DNA of 64,000 bases from Candidatus Azambacteria bacterium (GCA_016213445.1 JACRAJ010000001.1:142203-206202); one strand, 5' to 3'. Positions 26,826-34,680 are shown, numbered from the stretch's first letter. Notes: generated by a model from the sequence alone, not told the origin. A program made the numbers and translations.

Positions 26826-27866
26826 ATGAATCATCAAAAATCGGAGCTTTATTTTTTACTCACTCTCCTTGCGGTAATTTTTGTCCTCGCCTTTTTCATT
26901 TTTAAACCCTTTCTATACGCTCTCATCTTGGCGGCAGTTTTTGCGACTGTTTTTGAGCCGGTTTACAAAATGGCGCTTGCCATTACTCGTGAAAAAAAAG
27001 GTTTGGCGGCATTTCTCTCCACCGTCTTCGTTTTTATTGTTGTCGTGGTTCCTCTCGCGCTTTTAGGCGCGCAGATTTTTCAAGAAGCAACGGGTCTTTA
27101 TTCTTCAATCATAAGCAACGGCGGCGCAACCGATTTTTCTCGCAGACTGGAAGATGCGGTAAACAACTTCAAAAAAATTTTTCCCGCGCCGGTGGAAATC
27201 TCTTTTGATGTCGGCCAGTATGTAAGGCAAGGGCTGGATTGGCTGCTTAGGCATCTCGGTTCTTTTTTCGCGAATGTCGCGCAAGCAACGGTGAGTGTTT
27301 TTATATTCCTTACAGCTTTATATTACTTGTTCAAGGATGGCCGCAAACTCAAAAGCGCCATTATCGCGCTAAGTCCTCTCGCAGACACCCATGATGAAGC
27401 AATTTTCAATAAACTTGCTTTAACGGTTAATTCGGTTATCAGGGGGACTCTTATGGTGGCGATTGTCCAAGGTGTATTAACCGCGGTTGGTTTTACGCTT
27501 TTTGGGGTCCCCAACGCGGCGCTGTGGGGAAGCGTTGCGGCAATTGCCGCATTAATCCCCGGCATCGGGACGGCTTTGGTGCTTCTTCCGGCAATTTTTT
27601 ATCTTTTCTTTGGCGGAGAATCTATTTCCGCGGCCGGTCTTCTTGTTTGGGGGATAACGGCCGTGGGGCTTATTGATAACTTTTTGGGACCGAAACTTGT
27701 TGAGCGGAGAATACGGCTTCATCCGTTTCTCATACTTCTTTCTACTTTGGGCGGAATCGTCTTTTTCGGGCCTTTCGGATTCTTGTTGGGGCCGCTCGTC
27801 TTAAGTTTACTCTTCGCTCTCCTTGAAATTTATGTCGATGTCAGCAGAGAGCGCGACAACCGCTAA
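26826..27866 (+). CDS. AI-2E/PerM (UPF0118) family transporter
   Basis: 346 aa with about 8 TM segments and the typical family layout (…GTLMVAIVQGVLTAVGFTLFGVPNAALWG…). Confidence 0.85.
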   Translation: MNHQKSELYFLLTLLAVIFVLAFFIFKPFLYALILAAVFATVFEPVYKMALAITREKKGLAAFLSTVFVFIVVVVPLALLGAQIFQEATGLYSSIISNGGATDFSRRLEDAVNNFKKIFPAPVEISFDVGQYVRQGLDWLLRHLGSFFANVAQATVSVFIFLTALYYLFKDGRKLKSAIIALSPLADTHDEAIFNKLALTVNSVIRGTLMVAIVQGVLTAVGFTLFGVPNAALWGSVAAIAALIPGIGTALVLLPAIFYLFFGGESISAAGLLVWGITAVGLIDNFLGPKLVERRIRLHPFLILLSTLGGIVFFGPFGFLLGPLVLSLLFALLEIYVDVSRERDNR

Positions 27867-27977
27867 TCGAGAAAAATGGTTGGCTGTGTTTTGACCCATC
27901 GATGGAATATTGCTATCATCATTTAAATATTTTGCTTTGCGCCGCGCTTGATAATTGCGGCAGGAGTTTAAAATTTC

Positions 27978-28048
27978 GGGCCCATAGTAAAGTGGCATTA
28001 CGCTACATTCGCATTGTAGAGGCGGGAGTTCGATTCTCCCTGGGTCCA
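27978..28048 (+). tRNA. tRNA-Ala (anticodon CGC); integration target
   Basis: Acceptor GGGCCCA/TGGGTCC carries the G3:U70 identity pair. Anticodon arm CTACA-TTCGCAT-TGTAG. The discriminator A is followed by CAA rather than CCA because of the insertion. Confidence 0.9.
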
Positions 28049-29563
28049 CAATTCAAAACTTTTCAACTTTTTCGCTGGGGACAAGTCGGAATGCTCGCCG
28101 CACCCAGTGGCGCGGCTCGCAAGGAATTGAGCCCAAAAATCCCACGGCGCAGAAAACGAAAAGGAAACGGATTTGTCCAAAAGTTGATGGTTCGTTCCAA
28201 CTTTTTGGACAAATGCCTTTATTTCTCCGAAACTGTCGCTCCGCGACAGTTTTTCGGCTTTCTGTATGTCTAAAATCCAACTCCGCAATGGTTCAATCCA
28301 ATTCTTTCCCATGCGTCCAAAATCGCTCTTTTGGGACGCAAGAGAAACTTTTTGTTTCAAAAGTTCTTCCTTTTTGACGAGATAACTTTCCTTTGGTATG
28401 TCGCCGTCAATATAAGAAGAAACGAGCTTGTCCAGTTTCTCTTGCGTCTCTTTCTGATTTCCCCGCAGATTTTGGACGAATGTTTGCGATGAGTCTACTT
28501 GCTCCTTTTCCCACGCTTCAACTTGCTTCAACATTTTTCCCGTCCACTCATCGCAAAGCGCAACGCTTTGAAGCCGTGATTTTAGTTGCGAAACAAGCAA
28601 ATCTTCTCGTAAATATTTTTGAGCACAATTTCCCTTTTTCCGCGTACACCGATAGTAGCGATATGTTCCGCCGTTGCCGTGCGCGTATTGAGCGGTGATT
28701 GCGCTTCCACATTGTCCACAGGTGAGTAGTCCGGTAAAAGGGAAATTGTGCCTCTGTTTGGATTTGCGAGGTTTTGCTTTTCGCTTCAAAATCTCCTGCA
28801 CGGCTTCAAAGGTTGCGAGGGAAAGAATTGGCTCAAAGCGTCCGTCAAAGTATTCGCCTTTGTGCGCCACAAAACCGAGATATGCCCGATTGGTGAGCAT
28901 CCGATGGACGGATGCTTTGGCAAGTGGCGTTCGGTGCCGAGTTTCAATACCAAGTTCCGCCAAAAACTCCGAAAGAGATTTAAGCGTATGCGTGCCTTTG
29001 GCGAATTCCTCAAACGCTCGCACTACAATTTTTGATTTCGCGGGGTGCGGTTCAATCGTGCGAGTTTTGGGATTGTTCACATAGCCAAAGGGTGCGAGCG
29101 TCAGCCATTCTCCACGGCGGAGTTTTTGGCGGATACCGCGATTGATGTTCTCTACCAAATTATCCGAGTAATATTTGGATTGACCGAACGCCACTTGCAA
29201 CATAAATTTCCCTTGCGGAGTTGGCTCAAACCAAAATGTCGGAAAACGCAAAGAAACGATTTTTTCGATATCCACGAGATAGATGACGCGTCCGCCGTCA
29301 ACGCTATTGCGAGCAAGGCGATCCGGATGCCAGGCGAGTATTCCCACGCCTTGCGATTGCTCAATAAGCGTCATCATCTCGTTGAATTTCTCTCGTCCGG
29401 GTTTCTTTGCGCTTTCCGCCTCGGTAAATTCTTGGAGAATTTCCGCATTTTCTCTACGCGCATATTCTCGTAGCTCAAAGAGTTGAGCTTCAATACTCAT
29501 AATTTGGTGGTCGTCATCTTCGGTGGACTTGCGAGCGTAGAGAAAATATTTTGGTTTGAGCAT
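27998..29563 (-). CDS. Large serine recombinase (resolvase domain + recombinase domain + zinc ribbon)
   Basis: 521 aa. The N-terminus is YARKSTEDDDHQIMSIEAQ (catalytic Ser region). A Cys cluster CGQCGS...YYRC follows. The last 15 codons read antisense through the tRNA-Ala gene. Confidence 0.9.
   Translation of the reverse strand: MLKPKYFLYARKSTEDDDHQIMSIEAQLFELREYARRENAEILQEFTEAESAKKPGREKFNEMMTLIEQSQGVGILAWHPDRLARNSVDGGRVIYLVDIEKIVSLRFPTFWFEPTPQGKFMLQVAFGQSKYYSDNLVENINRGIRQKLRRGEWLTLAPFGYVNNPKTRTIEPHPAKSKIVVRAFEEFAKGTHTLKSLSEFLAELGIETRHRTPLAKASVHRMLTNRAYLGFVAHKGEYFDGRFEPILSLATFEAVQEILKRKAKPRKSKQRHNFPFTGLLTCGQCGSAITAQYAHGNGGTYRYYRCTRKKGNCAQKYLREDLLVSQLKSRLQSVALCDEWTGKMLKQVEAWEKEQVDSSQTFVQNLRGNQKETQEKLDKLVSSYIDGDIPKESYLVKKEELLKQKVSLASQKSDFGRMGKNWIEPLRSWILDIQKAEKLSRSDSFGEIKAFVQKVGTNHQLLDKSVSFSFSAPWDFWAQFLASRATGCGEHSDLSPAKKLKSFELWTQGESNSRLYNANVA
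28050..28151 (+). repeat. Repeat Y (left end of element)
   Basis: Its 102 bp differ at 5 positions from the reverse complement of 29614-29715. Confidence 0.9.
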
Positions 29564-29613
29564 AATTTTTGAATTAGGATTTTAGATATACAGTCTGTTT
29601 CCGTTTCGTTCAA

Positions 29614-29715
29614 TGCGCCGTGGGATTTTTTGGCTCAATTCCTTGCGAGCCGCGCCTCTCGGCGCGGCGAGCATTCCGAATTGTCCCCAGCGAAAAAGTT
29701 GAAAAGTTTTGAATT
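29614..29715 (-). repeat. Repeat Y, inverted internal copy
   Basis: Reverse complement of 28050-28151 with 5 substitutions. On the plus strand it encodes an alternative recombinase-tail cassette, APWDFLAQFLASRASRRGEHSELSPAKKLKSFELWDILKIARTHFEER*. Confidence 0.9.
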
Positions 29716-29719
29716 GTGG

Positions 29720-29858
29720 GATATTCTAAAAATAGCGCGAACCCATTTTGAAGAAAGATAACGCCTCGCTTCGCTCGGCGAATCCGCTCGGGCGGCGCGG
29801 GAAGGAGGGGTGGGGGGAGGAATGCCCGCGCCGCCCTCGCTTTCGGAAAGTCGCGCGC
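29720..29858 (-). repeat. Repeat X, inverted internal copy
   Basis: Reverse complement of 31076-31213 with one substitution and one C-run indel. It is contiguous with inverted Y across a GTGG core at 29716-29719. Confidence 0.9.
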
Positions 29859-29935
29859 TAAAATTTCCAAAAATCACAATAAAATAGTAAAATGAGAATG
29901 GGTCGATTATCTTAAATTTTCTAAAAAATATTTCT

Positions 29936-30154
29936 ATGGATAGAAAACATTTCAAATGTCTGTTATGGAAAACCTTGTGGGGTTTGAGCGTCTTGTCTCT
30001 TGTCGCCGCATGGTTTTCGATAAAATCAAGTGCGGTACTTGGGCTTGATGCGGCGACTTGGTTTTGGAACGCTCTAATTTTTGTTGCGCTATCAATTCCG
30101 ATTAAGCTAGATTGCCATTCCTGCGATGTGTGTGGAATAAGTCCGCGAGCTTGA
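29936..30154 (+). CDS. Small two-TM membrane protein with C-terminal CHSCDVC motif, hypothetical
   Basis: 72 aa with two hydrophobic helices. Located in the cargo module of the element. Confidence 0.45.
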   Translation: MDRKHFKCLLWKTLWGLSVLSLVAAWFSIKSSAVLGLDAATWFWNALIFVALSIPIKLDCHSCDVCGISPRA

Positions 30155-30249
30155 CGAGAAACTTTTTTCATGCTATCATAGCGGCAGAATGAAAAGTGGT
30201 GTGTAGCCACTTTTCCAGTTGAAAACAAACCGAAAAATGGAGGTGTCAA

Positions 30250-30990
30250 ATGTTCGGACAGCTGACAGAGTTCGTTCTGCCGCGTATAATTGGAGTTATG
30301 CTTCACAAGCGCGAAAAACTCACCAAGAAAGAACAGGTGGCGCAAGATGCGTTCATGGCGAAGCTCGACATCAAGAAGCGCAAGACCGATAAGCCGGTCG
30401 TCGTGGCCGTCATCGGCCTCGTTGGTTCCGGCAAGAGTTCGGTGGCGCACGAGCTTGCCAAGCACATCGGTGCGACGGTTATCGAGGGAGACGACATTCG
30501 TATCGAGCTTCGCAAACAGAATGAACGCTACGAGAAATCGCGCGCCATCGCCGAGAACGCCGCTATCGAAGTCGTGAAGCAGGGTGGCAATGTCATTCTC
30601 GATTCCGACTTCGTGGACGAGAAGAAGCGCGCGAGCGTTCGCGAGAAAGCACGCAAGGCAGGCGTGCGCCTCGTCTTCGTTCGTACTCACTGCGACCTCG
30701 ACGTCATGGTGGGCCGCGTCCTTACCGCAACCTATCACAATCGCGTTGACGATTTCTTCGGCGGCGCGAAGTCCAAGTGGCAAGGAAGCGAGCAATCGAA
30801 AGGCGCGGCGGTGAAGGTTCGCGAGATGTGGCGGCGCACGCCTCACCATTATCGCTGGGTCAATCAAGGCGGCGGGCAGTGGAAACTCAAAAAGTTTCCG
30901 TTCGCAATCTTCGCCGAGATTGACACCACGGATTCCGATTCGTGGAAACGCGAAGTGGAGAAGTGCGCGAAGCAACTCCTCACGCGGTAA
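30250..30990 (+). CDS. P-loop kinase/NTPase (AAA_33 / zeta-toxin-like fold class)
   Basis: 246 aa preceded by GGAGG 8 nt upstream. Walker A is VIGLVGSGKSSVAHEL and a Walker B-like motif is NVILDSDF. The gene is GC-rich. The 516-aa antisense ORF over it is judged an artefact. Confidence 0.7.
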   Translation: MFGQLTEFVLPRIIGVMLHKREKLTKKEQVAQDAFMAKLDIKKRKTDKPVVVAVIGLVGSGKSSVAHELAKHIGATVIEGDDIRIELRKQNERYEKSRAIAENAAIEVVKQGGNVILDSDFVDEKKRASVREKARKAGVRLVFVRTHCDLDVMVGRVLTATYHNRVDDFFGGAKSKWQGSEQSKGAAVKVREMWRRTPHHYRWVNQGGGQWKLKKFPFAIFAEIDTTDSDSWKREVEKCAKQLLTR

Positions 30991-31075
30991 ATCGCAATCA
31001 AGGGCGACCGAGGCAAAAGCCAAGGTCGCCCTTTCTCTTTCTTTGATTTTTTGGTAAATTAAATTCATAATAGTT

Positions 31076-31213
31076 GCGCGCGACTTTCCGAAAGCGAGGG
31101 CGGCGCGGGCATTCCTCCCCCCACCCTCCTTCCCGCGCCGCCCGAGCGGTTTCGCCGAGCGAAGCGAGGCGTTATCTTTCTTCAAAATGGGTTCGCGCTA
31201 TTTTTAGAATATC
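31076..31213 (+). repeat. Repeat X (right end of element)
   Basis: Contains a 12-bp GC stem, GGGCGGCGCGGG...CCCGCGCCGCCC. It ends ...TTTTTAGAATATC followed by the CCAC core at 31214-31217. Confidence 0.9.
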
Positions 31214-31329
31214 CCACCATAAGGAACTTTCAGAATTTTTTGAGCCAGGCGACAGGCGCCGCCAGTTAGGAAATGAAGCAGTTGGCTCGCCAGCCGATTT
31301 TAATTTTGATTAGTTGGCTGGTTAATTAG

Positions 31330-32100
31330 CTATTTAAGGACAATTAGCCAGAAAAAAAGAGTTAGAAGTATGCGATAGACGCCAAATGGCGCAAAATTAT
31401 GCTTTTTAATAAAACTAAGCAGGAATTTGATGCTCGCCATTGCGGTGATAAAAGAAACTATGAATCCGATAGTCAAGACCCCAAATTGGTCTTTTGAAAA
31501 ATAATCCGCATTTTTGATGAGATCCAGCCCGCTTGCGGCAAGCATTGTTGGAACAGCCAGTAAAAAAGAGAATTCTACAATAGTTTTTCTCTTTAACCCC
31601 ACTAATAAACCCCCGACAATAGTGGCCGCTGAACGCGATATGCCGGGAATTATCGCAATAGATTGGCAAAGCCCCACCCAAAACGATTGTTTGTATGAAA
31701 TTTGCTCTATTCCATCTCCGGCGCCTTCAGATTCTTTGTGCCAAAACTCAAAAATTATTAATGCCGCGCCTCCAAGAATCAGTGCCCACAAAACCACGTT
31801 TTGATTGCCGATGAGATGGGTTTTTACGACTTTATATAACGCGAGACCAATAATGCCGGTTGGTATGAACCCGATAATTATTTTTTTCAGGTTTATAATA
31901 TTGAGGAATGATTTCCAGTATAGAACTACTACGGAAAAGATTGCCCCGAATTGGATAATTATTTCAAAACTTTTTACGAAATTTGATTGGCTTATTTTTA
32001 GAAGCTCGCTAGTCAGTATGAGGTGGCCGGTGGATGATATCGGTAAAAATTCCGTAACACCTTCCACAACTCCCATAATTAAACTGTGTAATATAGTCAT
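31330..32100 (-). CDS. uppP: Undecaprenyl-diphosphatase
   Basis: 256 aa. The N-terminus is MGVVEGVTEFLPISSTGHL and an internal motif is PGISRSAATI. Confidence 0.9.
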   Translation of the reverse strand: MTILHSLIMGVVEGVTEFLPISSTGHLILTSELLKISQSNFVKSFEIIIQFGAIFSVVVLYWKSFLNIINLKKIIIGFIPTGIIGLALYKVVKTHLIGNQNVVLWALILGGAALIIFEFWHKESEGAGDGIEQISYKQSFWVGLCQSIAIIPGISRSAATIVGGLLVGLKRKTIVEFSFLLAVPTMLAASGLDLIKNADYFSKDQFGVLTIGFIVSFITAMASIKFLLSFIKKHNFAPFGVYRILLTLFFWLIVLK

Positions 32101-32223
32101 ATTTGATATTATATCATGCGGATTTTTTCAAATACACGCCACGCCTCATTCTGATTGTAGTTTCGATAGTTTTTATGGTATAATATAAATCAGAAAGGTC
32201 TATAATAAACCATTAAAATTATT

Positions 32224-32469
32224 ATGAAAAAAATAGGAAAAGTGTCTCATTATTATGGCAATCTCGGAGTGGCCATTGTCGAGCTTAGCGGCAAATTGTC
32301 GGTGGGCGACAAGGTTAAATTCGAGAGCGGTAAAAATGAATTCGAGCAGACGGTCAAGTCGATGCAGATTGAACACAAGGAAATCGAGTCGGCGAAAAAG
32401 GGCGATGTGGTCGGCATCAAGGTTGACGAGAAAGTCAATGACAGCGCGGAAATGTTTTTGGCGGAGTAA
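32224..32469 (+). CDS. Small beta-barrel protein resembling translation-factor domain II
   Basis: 81 aa. Contains GKVSHYYGNLGVAIVELSGKLSVGDKVKF...KKGDVVGIKV. Confidence 0.55.
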   Translation: MKKIGKVSHYYGNLGVAIVELSGKLSVGDKVKFESGKNEFEQTVKSMQIEHKEIESAKKGDVVGIKVDEKVNDSAEMFLAE

Positions 32470-32538
32470 ATTATTTTTAGTAATTTAGCCGTTTTACACT
32501 GGCCGGATTTTCTTTTGTTTTGGTTAAATAAATTTTAC

Positions 32539-32615
32539 GGTGGGCGTAGCTCAACTGGCAGAGCTCCCGGTTGTGGTCCGGGCGGTTGCGGGTTCAAATC
32601 CCGTCGCTCACCCCA
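32539..32615 (+). tRNA. tRNA-His (anticodon GTG) with G-1 and encoded CCA
   Basis: An extra 5' G pairs with C73. Anticodon arm CCCGG-TTGTGGT-CCGGG, T arm GCGGG-TTCAAAT-CCCGT. Confidence 0.9.
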
Positions 32616-32889
32616 GACGGTATCTAATATAATCGAGTCCGGTTGATTGGATACCATCACAACCACTTCATTTCGTCCGGGACTTTGGTATATGCCTCGT
32701 AGGCATTGCGGACAAACAGCAGAACGTCTTGGGGTTCAGCAATTCTCATATTTAGTAAATCACTCAAAAAGTCTTTATTTTAAAGCATATTATTGTCCTC
32801 TTGAGCTTCTATATCACTAGATTGATATAGTAAAACAGATCAGTATATTCAGTGAATAAGCCTATTTTGTTAGTTTAATTCACAGTGTT

Positions 32890-33849
32890 TTAACCACACA
32901 CATTTGTCGGTTTTCCGTTTAATAATAATTCTAACATTTCATTTGGCGTTTTACCGTTTAATCCGCAGTGTTCCAAGTTGTTGTATTCATCATTCCATAT
33001 CCTAATCTTTGTTTTCAATTCTTTCAGATTTTTGGATTTGTTTCTATCGTAGAACATCTCTTGGTCAGTCCTATGGCTTCTTTCTACCTTGCCATTCTGC
33101 GCCGGCTTGCCCGGATCAATCAGATAATGCATCATATTGTATTTTTGGCATAAGACATCAAATTCATGCAGTCTGGAATTTAAAGGATCAATACTTTTCT
33201 GATATCCGACATATCTGTTTGTGAAATTGCTTCCGTTGTCCGTCTTAATAGCCCGTATCCAGAATGGAGCGATGCCAAGTATTTCTTTCAAAAATTTCAT
33301 TGAACTGAAATTTGAATAATCCGGATATATTTTTAAATATCTCCATCTGGAAGCGCAATCTATGGCCGTGAATTGGTAATACCGCCTGTTTTCAATCAAA
33401 TCCGGCACATATTTAACATCTATCTCCACCAAATCTCCCTGCATTAAAGGAACTTTGATATATTTGTATTTTAATTTTCTAACCCTGTATTTTCTTACCA
33501 ACCCTTCTTTTTTTATTATCTTCTGTATCGTATTTCTGTGAATCATAATCCCTTCTTTCTCCAATTGCCATTTCAGCTTCAAAGCGCAGAGTTTCCTTTC
33601 TCTCCTCATTTCAACCACTCTTTCCTTTATCCTTATCGGAGTTTCTTTCGGATTTGTCTTAGGCCTTGTTGATTTCGACTCCAATCCGATTTCTCCGTTC
33701 TTCCGGTATTCAGCCAGCCATCTTTCCAAACTTCGTTTCGAATGCGGACATATCTTAACCGCATCAACCATTCTTATCTCTTTATTATATATCGGCAGTA
33801 TCCATCTAAGCCTTTCTTCTTTGATTGTTTTAGGCATATTTATACTCAT
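32890..33849 (-). mobile_element. IS481-family-like DDE transposase gene (HTH + rve integrase core); IS ends not resolved
   Basis: 319 aa. Contains N-terminal HTH, then DLVEIDVKYV, IKTDNGSNFT and PAQNGKVERSHRT, which together give a D, D, E core. Only weak terminal-repeat similarity was seen around 32860-32885 and 33900-33925. Confidence 0.8.
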
Positions 33850-34088
33850 ATCCCAGCTTAAAAGCTGGGGACAGAAACCGCCATATGTGTATGGACATTA
33901 CCACAATTGATTGACAAATATGGCGTTTAGATGTATGACGGTAGGCATAGTTCTTTGATAAGACTTGCGATTGGTCATAGCGAAAAGTGGCTTAAAACTA
34001 GGCCATTCCTCGCTATGACCACACAGGCCATGGCTCCTCTTCGGATTAGAGGAAAACGAAACGGGCAAATTAGCCCGAGGAGGTACAC

Positions 34089-34604
34089 ATGAGCACAGAG
34101 TGGCGCGAGGAAGACGGCGTCATCTACTTTGGCGTCACCTCGGACGGCACGACCGGCGAAGCCTGGATCAAGCGTCTGGAAGGCAACGGTTTCAGCGTCG
34201 AAGACTACGCCAAGCAGGTGCTCCGTTCGCCGGACTTCAAACCGACGAGCGGCGTGACGACCGAAGTCGCCGTTCTCAAGGGCATGCTCTTCGAGGACAA
34301 CGACCGGATCACGAAAAAAGTTCGTACCGAGGCCAACAAGCGCAGGCTTTCGAAGCCGAACGCCGAACTGGCTTGCCTCATCCGTGAGAAGTTCACGGAC
34401 AAGGAGATCGAAGCGATGGGTCTGTGGTATGTCATTGCCATGCACGAACCCATCAACGACTCCGACGGCGGTTCGAACTTGCTGCACGCGGGCCGTAGCG
34501 GCGTTGGTCGCTGGCTCGACGCGTACTTCGACAGGCCTGGCAGCAGGTGGAGTCGTGACAACGGGTTCGCGTTCGCCGTGTCGCAAGTCAGCTCTAAACA
34601 CTAA
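34089..34604 (+). CDS. DGR variable (target) protein, 171 aa, C-terminal CLec-like variable region
   Basis: GAGGAGG lies 7 nt upstream of the ATG. The gene is GC-rich and has no signal peptide. The C-terminus ...GRWLDAYFDRPGSRWSRDNGFAFAVSQVSSKH contains the VR. Confidence 0.85.
   Translation: MSTEWREEDGVIYFGVTSDGTTGEAWIKRLEGNGFSVEDYAKQVLRSPDFKPTSGVTTEVAVLKGMLFEDNDRITKKVRTEANKRRLSKPNAELACLIREKFTDKEIEAMGLWYVIAMHEPINDSDGGSNLLHAGRSGVGRWLDAYFDRPGSRWSRDNGFAFAVSQVSSKH
34459..34589 (+). repeat. DGR variable region (VR)
   Basis: Gap-free 131-nt alignment to the TR. All 15 mismatches fall at TR adenines. Confidence 0.9.
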
Positions 34605-34611
34605 ATTCCTT

Positions 34612-34625
34612 GGGACTTCAGTCCC
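34612..34625 (+). other. GC hairpin GGGAC-TTCA-GTCCC 22 nt downstream of VR
   Basis: A perfect 5-bp stem with a 4-nt loop. Its position is analogous to the target-recognition hairpin reported for the Bordetella phage DGR. Confidence 0.5.
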
Positions 34626-34639
34626 TTTGAATTTAGCCC

Positions 34640-34680
34640 TTAGCCCTGTTCCGATCCGTCGGAGCAGGGCTAAATTTTTT
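34640..34680 (+). terminator. Intrinsic terminator of the DGR target gene
   Basis: TTAGCCCTG...CAGGGCTAA stem with an inner TCCGA/TCGGA helix, followed by a T-run. Confidence 0.6.

Larger units (their letters stand above)
28050..31217. mobile_element. Integrated ~3.2-kb serine-recombinase element at the tRNA-Ala 3' end
   Basis: The left junction is GGGTCCAC|AATTCAAAAC and the right junction is ATATCCCAC|CATAAGG, with a shared CCAC core. The interior is visibly GC-richer than the flanks. It carries a large serine recombinase plus cargo genes. Confidence 0.7.

Noticed and set aside
26613-26837. ORFs overlapping tRNA genes (26613-26837, 27807-28049, 39000-39200, 40053-40274, 58415-58633, 60725-60964)
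   Set aside because: Each is antisense to, or reads through, a well-folded tRNA gene and contains the tell-tale tRNA-derived peptides (…SNSR…, …RIELS…). These are artefacts of six-frame translation.
29635-31185. 516-aa minus-strand ORF spanning the whole cargo module of the tRNA-Ala element
   Set aside because: It runs antisense to the well-formed P-loop kinase gene and through both X repeats. The translation is low-complexity (R/A/L-rich) with no motif or RBS. Long antisense ORFs are expected in locally GC-rich DNA.
32860-33925. Precise IS481 boundaries and terminal inverted repeats
   Set aside because: Only about 65% similarity was seen between candidate ends (near 32860-32885 and 33900-33925), and no clear target-site duplication. 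I report the transposase gene but not the IS limits.
33975-34604. Minus-strand ORFs (208 aa and 118 aa) and alternative plus-frame ORFs overlapping the DGR target gene
   Set aside because: The plus-strand 171-aa frame has the RBS, and its codon positions explain the VR/TR substitutions (AAC to variable codons). The others are GC-rich antisense or off-frame artefacts.
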